From: an uncultured Gammaproteobacteria bacterium | GTDB lineage: Bacteria > Patescibacteriota > Patescibacteriia > UBA9629 > CAZHCQ01 | Assembly: GCA_964531415.1 (NCBI GenBank) | Contig: CAZHCQ010000042.1 | Coordinates: forward strand, 1 to 28,557 | Reading direction: 5' to 3' | DNA: 28,557 nucleotides | In this document: one piece after another, positions 9,227-17,172 of the stretch | How the letters are laid out: every line of letters begins with the position of its first letter | How positions within the stretch are numbered: the stretch's first letter is position 1 | Position numbers and translations under genes: made by a program | Notes under the pieces: model-generated | The model's input: the letters and a program-made list of their open reading frames with translations, nothing else | What the model was told of the DNA's origin: nothing | The model's database searches: none

Positions 9227-9264
9227 TAAAAACTCGTGTACCAGTGGTCATGTATCTAGAGCTA

Positions 9265-9293
9265 TTGACTTATTTAAAAAATTATTATAATAT
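9265..9293 (+). promoter_or_regulatory. Sigma70-type promoter
   Basis: TTGACT (9265-9270), 17 nt, TAATAT (9288-9293); an overlapping TATAAT lies at 9286-9291. Confidence 0.6.
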
Positions 9294-9328
9294 CTGAAAA
9301 CTTGACCAATAACTATGTATATCCTCTT

Positions 9329-10456
9329 ATGTTAGATAACGCAATGAACAACACGCAGAGCTATCCGTATTTAGAGCAAATTTTTCAAGAACTATTTTCG
9401 CGTTTGCGCAATCCGCGAGAAGTACATGTGTTAAAACAACGCTACCACCTTGAAACAAGCGAGAACCCAGCGGATGTTTTCGCGCGCAAAGCAACGCTTC
9501 AAAGCATCGGGATTAAGGAAGGCATCACTCGGGAACGAGTACGGCAAATAGAAAATTCTGCCATTAAAAATTTAATGAAAGTGCCCCTATATGAGGCACG
9601 TATAAAGTTTATTCTTGATCATCTGGAAAACATCCTCAATGAACATGCTGGCGTCATGGCTGAACATCATCTTATTACACAAGCTCTGCGCCACATAGAA
9701 GAAGCCCATAAACGCACCACAGAAGCCCGGTATTTGCATTTTACTCTGAATAAATTGCTTACCGAGAAGCTTATCATGAAACGTGAGAATGAAATCCATG
9801 AAAAAATTTGGGCAAAAAACGAAGAAGCCGTTCAACTCCTTCACACTGCAATCACTGAAATCCAAGAATTCTTTAGAAGGGCAAATCGGCCGCTCACCAT
9901 CCAAGAACTTGCCGAATCAATCAAGCATTTTTCGTTATTTAAGGAGCATGAGCACATGGTTATAGAGCATAACTTAGAAAATATTCTTATTGCAAGCAAT
10001 GCTCTTGATACAAATCCCTTTGCTGAATGGGGGATGAAGGAATGGGCAAGCATTGTGCCAAAGAGAATCGGCGATAAAATCTATATGGTGCTGAAAAAAC
10101 ACGGCAAACCGCTCCACTATAAAATAATTGCAGAATATATTAAGGCGTATAACTTTGACCACAAAAAAGCACACCCGCCAACCATTCACAATGAGCTTAT
10201 CCTTGATGGTGACAAATACGTACTCGTGGGCAGAGGAACATACGGCTTAAGAGAAGACGGGTATAAAAAGGGTATTATGAGCGGACTTTTGGAGGAAGTA
10301 CTCAAAGCCTCTCCATCGCGAGAAATGACAAGGGATGAAATTGTGAAGGAAATTTTAAAACAGCGCCAAGTAAAAGAATCTACAATTTATCTGGCCTTAA
10401 ACGACAAAGCAAAATTTCAAAAAACCCTAAGAGGAACGTATATGCTTCTTTCTTAA
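9329..10456 (+). CDS. Sigma-70 region-4-like HTH protein with C-terminal winged-helix (HARE-HTH / RpoE-delta-like) domains
   Basis: TLQSIGIKEGITRERVRQIE is the sigma4 HTH signature; YMVLKKHGKPLHYKIIAEYI...TIHNELI...YVLVGRGTYGL resembles HARE-HTH; a further wHTH-like unit closes the protein. No sigma region 2 seen. Start could be 9302 (TTG), 9329 or 9344. Confidence 0.75.
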   Translation: MLDNAMNNTQSYPYLEQIFQELFSRLRNPREVHVLKQRYHLETSENPADVFARKATLQSIGIKEGITRERVRQIENSAIKNLMKVPLYEARIKFILDHLENILNEHAGVMAEHHLITQALRHIEEAHKRTTEARYLHFTLNKLLTEKLIMKRENEIHEKIWAKNEEAVQLLHTAITEIQEFFRRANRPLTIQELAESIKHFSLFKEHEHMVIEHNLENILIASNALDTNPFAEWGMKEWASIVPKRIGDKIYMVLKKHGKPLHYKIIAEYIKAYNFDHKKAHPPTIHNELILDGDKYVLVGRGTYGLREDGYKKGIMSGLLEEVLKASPSREMTRDEIVKEILKQRQVKESTIYLALNDKAKFQKTLRGTYMLLS

Positions 10457-10493
10457 ACAAACATTAATTTCACATTAAACCAATTATCCCATA

Positions 10494-10525
10494 ATAAAAA
10501 TCCGCTTGACCAAGCGGATTTTTAT
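10494..10525. terminator. Perfect 15-bp inverted repeat; bidirectional intrinsic terminator candidate
   Basis: ATAAAAATCCGCTTG-AC-CAAGCGGATTTTTAT: GC core with A5/T5 flanks, 37 nt after the stop at 10456. Confidence 0.75.
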
Positions 10526-10534
10526 ATTTATACT
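10506..10534 (+). promoter_or_regulatory. Sigma70-type promoter with its -35 inside the palindrome
   Basis: TTGACC (10506-10511), exactly 17 nt, TATACT (10529-10534); ATG follows at 10557. Confidence 0.7.
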
Positions 10535-10556
10535 ATCACATTAACTTTTTTGCCGT

Positions 10557-12089
10557 ATGGTAAACCAGCTTGACGCATTTATTACACATTTGTCAAACGT
10601 ATTTTCTGCACTGCCAATCTCTATAGATCAGAATTTTTGGAGCGATCTTCACTATAACAACCCGTTTCTTTTAATGTTTGACCTCTTCATACGCGGCGGA
10701 TTTATTCCGTTTATATTTGTATTCTGGAAAGCATGCAAAGACTTATGGCTTATCAGCAGACAAACGCTTTTTTCAGGCATTAACCCTTATGTGCTTTTGG
10801 AACTGCACCTGCCCAACATGGAAGTATCGCCCAGTAACATTGAACAGCTGTTTAACCACGTGCATGGCACGCTCCGCGCCCCAATATGGTGGGAAATTTG
10901 GTGGAAAGGCCACTATAATTTGAGGTTAAGCTTTGAAATTCGGGCAGAGAGCGGCAATCTCACGTATTTTATATCCTGCGCCCATAAACATAAGCATGGA
11001 GTACAAGAAGCTCTGCACTTGCATTATCCAGGCGCGTGGCTCAAAGAGGTGCCACACAACGCAGATTACGTAAAAAATTGTCCCTTGCGCTCTCTGCCAA
11101 ATTCAGAATATCAAATGCTCGGCACTGAATACCACCTTGCCAAATCGTATGCATATCCTTTGAAAACCTACCGCCATTATATTGACCCTCAAACCGGACG
11201 CTTTAACGATCCTCTGGCAGCGCTGTTAGAAATGCTCTCAACTCTGAAGCCGGGCGAGGAGGTATGGTATCACGTCTTGATTGTACCGGAATTTGACACA
11301 TGGCAGAAAGTTGTTCTTGCGGAAATAGAAAAATTATTTCAAAAAACGCCGCCTGAAGTAAAACAGTCTCTCTTTGAGGAGCCGTTCGCACTCATCCGAG
11401 AAATTTTAAGCCAAATAATTGGCGGGGAAGCCCGCACGCAATTTTCGCACGCATTGCGCTTGGGAACCGAGGTACCGCGGCAAATTTTTGGGCTTGCAGA
11501 ACCGGCGCCCTACATCGAACCGGCCCCAGCGCCATCTTCAAGCGCAGAAGCACACGTTGAGGTTGGAGTGGAACCCCCCATAGATATTGCAAAAGAGATG
11601 GAAAATAAAGTCAGAACCCCGGGGTTTAAAGCAAAAATACGGATGATGTACTTTGCAAAAAACGAAGTATTTTCAAAATTCAGGTTCTGGTCTGAAATCC
11701 ACGGATCATTCCGCAATTTCAACCATTATAAATTGAATTATCTCACGCGAGGGCTGCATGCCACAACCCATGCTGATTATGCGTTCGCCAAAGCAAGAAA
11801 AATATACCGGCAAAATAAGCTCTTAAGCAACGCAAAAGCACGGGATTGGTACGCTGGAGACAAGGTAATGATTCTCAATTCAGAAGAACTCGCAAGCCTG
11901 TGGCATCCCCCAAGCCCGAACCTCATCGGCATCAACATGCAATACATGGCAAAAACAAAAACGGTTCCGCTCCCGGGCGAACTTCGTACGCTTGAAGGCT
12001 ATGAGCCGGACAAGCTCCAGCCGCAAGGAAAGGGCGATGTACCGCACAATTTACCGGTTGCAGATTTTTACCCATTAAATTATAAATAA
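10557..12089 (+). CDS. Membrane-anchored hypothetical protein of the type found before, or fused to, CPR VirD4-like ATPases
   Basis: 510 aa, N-terminal hydrophobic helix; blocks LLELHLP..SP.NIEQLF, LSFEI, HYPGA..KEV..DY, YPLKTY, DPLAALL, GFKAKIR recalled from the N-terminal domain of Patescibacteria coupling-protein-like ATPases; 3 nt gap to next gene. Confidence 0.6.
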   Translation: MVNQLDAFITHLSNVFSALPISIDQNFWSDLHYNNPFLLMFDLFIRGGFIPFIFVFWKACKDLWLISRQTLFSGINPYVLLELHLPNMEVSPSNIEQLFNHVHGTLRAPIWWEIWWKGHYNLRLSFEIRAESGNLTYFISCAHKHKHGVQEALHLHYPGAWLKEVPHNADYVKNCPLRSLPNSEYQMLGTEYHLAKSYAYPLKTYRHYIDPQTGRFNDPLAALLEMLSTLKPGEEVWYHVLIVPEFDTWQKVVLAEIEKLFQKTPPEVKQSLFEEPFALIREILSQIIGGEARTQFSHALRLGTEVPRQIFGLAEPAPYIEPAPAPSSSAEAHVEVGVEPPIDIAKEMENKVRTPGFKAKIRMMYFAKNEVFSKFRFWSEIHGSFRNFNHYKLNYLTRGLHATTHADYAFAKARKIYRQNKLLSNAKARDWYAGDKVMILNSEELASLWHPPSPNLIGINMQYMAKTKTVPLPGELRTLEGYEPDKLQPQGKGDVPHNLPVADFYPLNYK

Positions 12090-12092
12090 CGT

Positions 12093-13673
12093 ATGCATGG
12101 CCAAGATATAGACATAATCAATGCTGACGTGACCGTCTTTGCGGAAACAAACTACCGCTCCCAGTTGAAGCGTTTTGGTATTAAAGAAAATGACCGTTCT
12201 AATCACATGTACGTTATCGGCAAAACCGGGACTGGGAAATCAACCCTGCTTGAAAATCTGGTGATACAGGACTTAAAAAAAGGGAAAGGGCTTGCGCTTA
12301 TAGATCCGCATGGCGACATGGTTGAGCGCATACTCAACTTCGTTCCAAACTACCGCGTCAACGATGTCATTTATTTTAATCCCGCAGACGTGAACTACCC
12401 CGTTGGGTTCAATGTGATGGAGGTGAAAAACGAGGCAGAAAAACACCTCGTTTCCTCCGGGCTTATCAGCGTTTTTAAAAAGCTCTGGTCCGATTCATGG
12501 GGGCCGCGGCTTGAATATGTGCTCCGAAACTGCATTTTAGCGCTCCTAGAGAACGAAGGGAGCACGCTTCTTGGAATCATGAAACTGCTTGTAGATAGGG
12601 ATTACCGCGCGCGAATCGTCCGCCATCTGAAGGATCCGATTGTAAGAAATTTTTGGGAAGAGGAATTTGCAAAATATCCTGAACGATTTCAGGCGCAGGC
12701 AATCTCTCCGATACAAAATAAGGTGGGACAATTCCTTTCCTCATCGCTCATACGAAATATTCTCGGCCAGGTGAAATCAAGCTTTGATTTATCCGACATT
12801 ATGAAGACAAACAAAATTTTGCTCATGAACCTCTCTAAAGGGCGCATCGGGGAGGACGCATCGGCGCTTCTTGGGGCAATGATGGTCACCAAGCTTCAGC
12901 TCACCGCGATGGAACGCATTCATACGCCCAAAGTAGAACGCGAAAATTTTTATCTCTACGTTGATGAATTTCAAAATTTTGCAACAGACAGCTTCGCGGA
13001 CATTCTCTCTGAAGCGAGAAAATATAAGTTATGCTTGATACTTGCACACCAATATTTAGAACAAGTTGAAGAAAAATTGCGCGCCGCTCTCTTTGGAAAC
13101 GTAGGAACGCTCATTACGTTTCGCCTTGGTTCGCTTGACGCGGAAATTATCGCCAGAGAGCTGTACCCAACATTTTCTGCACAAGATATCTTGAAGCTGG
13201 ATAAATACCAAATTTATCTTAAACTTTCTATAGATGGGACAATTTCTGAACCGTTTTCAGCAATCACTCTTCAGCCTGCCTATGAGGGGGGAAACCAGAA
13301 TGTGATTGAGAAAGTCTCACGAGAGCGATATGCAATTTCAAAAACGATTATTGAGGACAAAATAGAAAGGTGGTCACAAAGTAACACGTCCACTTTTGAG
13401 GCAGTCGCGCGCGGCGGCAAAAAGAGCCGCGAATCTGATCTTGTACACGGCGCAGAGTACGAAGATATGCCTCCTTCCTTGCAAACCACACCTGCTCTTG
13501 CCGTTGCCCTTGTAAGCGATTCAGCTGAAACTGCGCCAAAAAAGCCTCAAAAATCCGCCGAAACTCTTGAAAAAATCAAGCATGCAGAGGAAGAAGCAAA
13601 AAAAAGCGAACCCGCTCAAAAACTAATTTCCACTCCAGTCGGAGTGGCGCCTGATCAAACAATTCGCTTATAA
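12093..13673 (+). CDS. VirD4/TraD/TrwB-like (type IV coupling protein family) P-loop ATPase
   Basis: HMYVIGKTGTGKST (Walker A), LIDPHGD, ILLMNLSKG, FYLYVDEFQNF (Walker B), LSEARKY.L.L.LAHQY..Q, FGNVGT.ITFR; charged low-complexity C-tail; no N-terminal TM. Confidence 0.88.
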   Translation: MHGQDIDIINADVTVFAETNYRSQLKRFGIKENDRSNHMYVIGKTGTGKSTLLENLVIQDLKKGKGLALIDPHGDMVERILNFVPNYRVNDVIYFNPADVNYPVGFNVMEVKNEAEKHLVSSGLISVFKKLWSDSWGPRLEYVLRNCILALLENEGSTLLGIMKLLVDRDYRARIVRHLKDPIVRNFWEEEFAKYPERFQAQAISPIQNKVGQFLSSSLIRNILGQVKSSFDLSDIMKTNKILLMNLSKGRIGEDASALLGAMMVTKLQLTAMERIHTPKVERENFYLYVDEFQNFATDSFADILSEARKYKLCLILAHQYLEQVEEKLRAALFGNVGTLITFRLGSLDAEIIARELYPTFSAQDILKLDKYQIYLKLSIDGTISEPFSAITLQPAYEGGNQNVIEKVSRERYAISKTIIEDKIERWSQSNTSTFEAVARGGKKSRESDLVHGAEYEDMPPSLQTTPALAVALVSDSAETAPKKPQKSAETLEKIKHAEEEAKKSEPAQKLISTPVGVAPDQTIRL

Positions 13674-14615
13674 AAGCCGATATTGAGATGGATCATACCC
13701 CGCGATAAATTGCTCTGCTGAAATTTTTTTCTTGCCCTCAACCTGAAGTTCAGTGATATGAAGACAGCCCTCACCAGTAACTACGCAAAGCTGTTTTTCC
13801 TTGTTTAAAAACAACGCGCCGCACGTTCTTTGAAGAGGTGAGCAGGGAAGTGCAGTTGCCTCTAAAATTTTGCACTTTTTAGAAAATGCCCCGGTTTCAT
13901 TGCGCAAATCTGCATACGTTTCCGGCCAGCCCTTATACGCCCGAATCAAGCGAGAGAGCACCGCTGCGCTCTTTGAGAAATCAAGCTTTCCGTCCTCTCG
14001 TTCCATGCGCAGAGTATAACTTGCTTCGGAATGATTTTGCTCTTTTGGTGCACGATCTCCCGAAAGATAGTTGGGCAGTTCGCGTAATAAAAGCCGTGCA
14101 GACAATTCCGCAAGATCTCTCTCCAGCGTCAGCGCGTTGTGTTCTGGCTTCATTTTCAACGTTGACTGCGCAATGAGGGGGCCGTGGTCAAGCTCTTGAT
14201 CAAGAAGCATGAGGCTCACTCCAGTTTCAGCCTCACCATCCAGAATCGCGCTTTGAATTGGCGAAGCGCCGCGATATTTTGGCAATAATGAGGGATGCAC
14301 ATTCACAATGCCATACCTCGCAAGGGCAATGCATTCTTTTGAAATAATCTGCCCATATGCAACAAGCACCATCACTTCTGGCGCGCATGTTTTGATTTCG
14401 TCCATAATCTCTTTTACCTGCGCGGGCTGAAGAGTGGGGATTCCGCGCTTGTGTGCCTCAACTTTCACGGGTGTTGGCATAAGCGCGCGGCTCCGCCCTT
14501 TTGGCCGATCAGGCTGTGTAATCACGAGCACTGGCCGCAGGTCATCTGATGCGCACAACGCCTGCAAACACGGCACAGCAAAACTTGAAGTTCCAAAAAA
14601 AATGAGGTTTTTCAT
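13668..14615 (-). CDS. fmt: Methionyl-tRNA formyltransferase
   Basis: IFFGTSSFA, VITQPDRPKGR, VAYGQII, NVHPSLLPKYRGASPIQ, LDHGP. Confidence 0.97.
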   Translation of the reverse strand: MKNLIFFGTSSFAVPCLQALCASDDLRPVLVITQPDRPKGRSRALMPTPVKVEAHKRGIPTLQPAQVKEIMDEIKTCAPEVMVLVAYGQIISKECIALARYGIVNVHPSLLPKYRGASPIQSAILDGEAETGVSLMLLDQELDHGPLIAQSTLKMKPEHNALTLERDLAELSARLLLRELPNYLSGDRAPKEQNHSEASYTLRMEREDGKLDFSKSAAVLSRLIRAYKGWPETYADLRNETGAFSKKCKILEATALPCSPLQRTCGALFLNKEKQLCVVTGEGCLHITELQVEGKKKISAEQFIAGYDPSQYRLL

Positions 14616-14625
14616 AAACACGTAA

Positions 14626-15186
14626 TTATGTTTTCCCCAAAAAATTCAGCCGATAAGAAGGGATATACGCATGATCCATTTTGAGGTTTCTTGCCTTATC
14701 AATAAACAAAATGCCGTCTAAGTGGTCCACTTCATGCTGAATAACGCGCGCAAAAAAATGCCATGCCATAAAGGAGAGCGCCTCACCGTCGCTTGCAAGA
14801 GCTGATAGCTCAATCGTACGCGCCCGTTCAACCTCTCCATACACGCCCGGAATAGATAAACAGCCTTCCTCCCCCCATTCTCGCTCCTTTGAACGCAGGA
14901 CAATTTTTGGATTGATCAAAACAAGATCGGAATCTTTTTGCAAAAGGCTCTTGATTTGTTTTTTTTGATCAGCAGAAATTTCTTTATAATCAACACAGGC
15001 GCCGCGTATAATACAGATTCGCTTCTTAAATGAAACCTGCGGCCCGGCAAGCCCTACACCATCAGCAAAGCGCATAGTTTCAACCATTTCGCGTGCAAGC
15101 GTTTTGATATCGTGCGCAAACGGCACTGTGATGGCAGAGGCGCGAGTATGCAAAATGTCATTCGGATGGGTAACAATAGTGAGCAT
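14626..15186 (-). CDS. def: Peptide deformylase
   Basis: GVGLAGPQV, EGCLSIPG, QHEVDHLDG. Confidence 0.97.
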   Translation of the reverse strand: MLTIVTHPNDILHTRASAITVPFAHDIKTLAREMVETMRFADGVGLAGPQVSFKKRICIIRGACVDYKEISADQKKQIKSLLQKDSDLVLINPKIVLRSKEREWGEEGCLSIPGVYGEVERARTIELSALASDGEALSFMAWHFFARVIQHEVDHLDGILFIDKARNLKMDHAYIPSYRLNFLGKT

Positions 15187-15196
15187 ATAGTCCCTA

Positions 15197-17137
15197 CTAT
15201 ACCAGACCGAGCGGATCTCTGTCTATTATCCACGCTGGCGGCAAACTTTTCAGCACGCGTGCTAAATCTGGCGGGAGATCATGCCCTTTGAGAAGCTTCA
15301 GGATAATATGGGAACGATACATTCCCGAAACACGCTTATGAAATACCTGCTCCGGAGGGAAAATAGTAATATATGCGCTCCGAAATAAACAGAGTTTTTG
15401 ATACAACCAATCGGCAGAATTTTGAACAAGCGCCTCGGCTGAACCTTGGCAAATCAGCGAAATAAACGACGAAAAAGGCGGATACCCTAAAGATCGCCGC
15501 AAAGCAAGCTCTCTGTTAAAGTAATGTTTCATTTTTCCGCTTACCGCAAGCGAAATTGCAGGATGCTCGGAATTTTCGGTTTGAATGATGCACGCAACCA
15601 GCCCATCACCATGCTGATTTTCAAGCGCGCACGCATGTGCAAGAAGAATCGTGCGAAATGCCCGTTCATGAGCCCTAAAATCCGGCACATAGAGATCTTC
15701 ATCAGCATTTAAAACTGCTACCACACCAAGGTGATCCAAGCGTAAAAGCAGCACCCCTCGCGTACCAACCAAAAGAGAAGCTTTTTCCGAAGGCAGAGAA
15801 CCCTCTTCCAGTACTTCAATAACCGCGTTTTGAAATAACTTCTTCAGCGTAGACGCGATTTTATGGATGCCAATTCCAACACTCTTGATTGTTGTGAGCC
15901 CGCATGCAGGGCACAGAGAAGGCATCTCTGCTCGTCTTGAGCATGAGGGGCATACAAGCGAAACTGTCTCTCCCTGCTCTGTTTGGTAGGGGAGGAGACA
16001 ACTTCCGCACTTAAGCAAGAAACCGCATGCTTTACACACGACTTTCCGGGAAAATCCGCGGCGATTGAGATATACTAATACTCGCTTATTCGTGTTGAGG
16101 GCGTGGGCAATCTGGTTCTCAAGGACGTAGCTGATACCGCTAAAATTTTTGTTTTGAATTTCCTTTGCCATATCTACCTCTTTCATCACAACGCGCTTTC
16201 GCTCATTCCAAAAAAATGCGTTTTCTGCATGCTCGCTGTATGCTTCAATCGTTGGAGCTGGAGATGTAAAAAAAAGCCGCGCGATGGGAAAAAGCACAAG
16301 GAGTTGGCGCACAATGATGCGCGCATCAAAGCGCGGGTTCTGATCCCACTGTTTATATTCGTCCGCGTGCTCATCGTGCATGATAATCAATCCCAGGTTT
16401 TTCATCGGCGCAAAACACGCATTTCTGGTTCCAAGAATAATGCGTGCCGTCCCCCGCAAAACCAATTTCCAGTTTTTCAATAACACTCTTGGCGAATCTG
16501 CTTCTGACTTTCCCAAAACGGCAATCTGATTTTCCCATTTTACGGGGAAAAAAGAGAGAATCGTTTTCATGTCATTGATGTGGGGAACTAAAAACAGTAC
16601 ACATTGACCTTGCGCCATACACGCTTCTATAAGCTTTATGTACATAATCATCTTGATCTTCAATTCCTTTCCAATAAAAAGGCTTGTACGCTCTTTCTTA
16701 TGCACAAAGCCGCGAATTGTAGAAATGTCCTGTTTTCGCAAAGAAAGCTCGCGGTATCTTGCCCCAATACATTCCATAAATGCGTGCTTGTAAGAAAAAT
16801 CCGTATCGCGCTTTGGAAAAATCGGTACAAAAAAACGAAGCAGGGCAGGCAGAGAATACAAATAATAGGTGCCCATCCACTGCAGAAGCGAAAGAGTAGA
16901 GAGAGGTAACCTCATTTGAGGCTCTACACCCAAAATTGGCTTTAAGGCAAACGATCTTTCTTCCACGTCTTTATCGCGAATATCCCACACAACCCCTGAT
17001 ATGTTTTTTTTACGAAATTCAATAGAAACAACATCGCCTCTTGACAAATCATGAAAATTTGATGCTGAATAGTCAAAATAATCAAGCTGATTGCGCGGGA
17101 GCTTATTTCGTGGTACTATTTTTACTACTTTCGTCAT
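15197..17137 (-). CDS. priA: Primosomal protein N' (PriA), helicase motifs degenerate
   Basis: N-terminal FDY..GDVV.I.F 3'-binding domain, IILGTRNACFAP..NLGLII.HDEH...YKQ...PRFDAR, LNRRGFS, four CxxC pairs, GYPPF; upstream of def-fmt. Confidence 0.9.
   Translation of the reverse strand: MTKVVKIVPRNKLPRNQLDYFDYSASNFHDLSRGDVVSIEFRKKNISGVVWDIRDKDVEERSFALKPILGVEPQMRLPLSTLSLLQWMGTYYLYSLPALLRFFVPIFPKRDTDFSYKHAFMECIGARYRELSLRKQDISTIRGFVHKKERTSLFIGKELKIKMIMYIKLIEACMAQGQCVLFLVPHINDMKTILSFFPVKWENQIAVLGKSEADSPRVLLKNWKLVLRGTARIILGTRNACFAPMKNLGLIIMHDEHADEYKQWDQNPRFDARIIVRQLLVLFPIARLFFTSPAPTIEAYSEHAENAFFWNERKRVVMKEVDMAKEIQNKNFSGISYVLENQIAHALNTNKRVLVYLNRRGFSRKVVCKACGFLLKCGSCLLPYQTEQGETVSLVCPSCSRRAEMPSLCPACGLTTIKSVGIGIHKIASTLKKLFQNAVIEVLEEGSLPSEKASLLVGTRGVLLLRLDHLGVVAVLNADEDLYVPDFRAHERAFRTILLAHACALENQHGDGLVACIIQTENSEHPAISLAVSGKMKHYFNRELALRRSLGYPPFSSFISLICQGSAEALVQNSADWLYQKLCLFRSAYITIFPPEQVFHKRVSGMYRSHIILKLLKGHDLPPDLARVLKSLPPAWIIDRDPLGLV
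17091..17119 (+). promoter_or_regulatory. Promoter candidate for the 17173 gene run, lying antisense inside the 5' end of priA
   Basis: TTGCGC (17091-17096), 17 nt ending TGg, TACTAT (17114-17119). Confidence 0.45.
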
Positions 17138-17172
17138 ACGTTTCTTATATTCTCACAATACTCAATCTCTTT

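Noticed and set aside
11498-11530. Short direct repeat GAACCGGCGCCC / GAACCGGCCCCA
   Set aside because: Encodes the EPAP..EPAP linker of the protein; only two copies, not an array.
10557-13673. ICE or conjugative element
   Set aside because: No relaxase, mating-pair genes, integrase, tRNA target or flanking direct repeats seen; neighbours are housekeeping genes.
17041-17172. 5' extension of the RskA-like ORF (397-aa version)
   Set aside because: TTG start overlapping priA on the opposite strand; ATG 17173 gives a sensible tail + TM topology.
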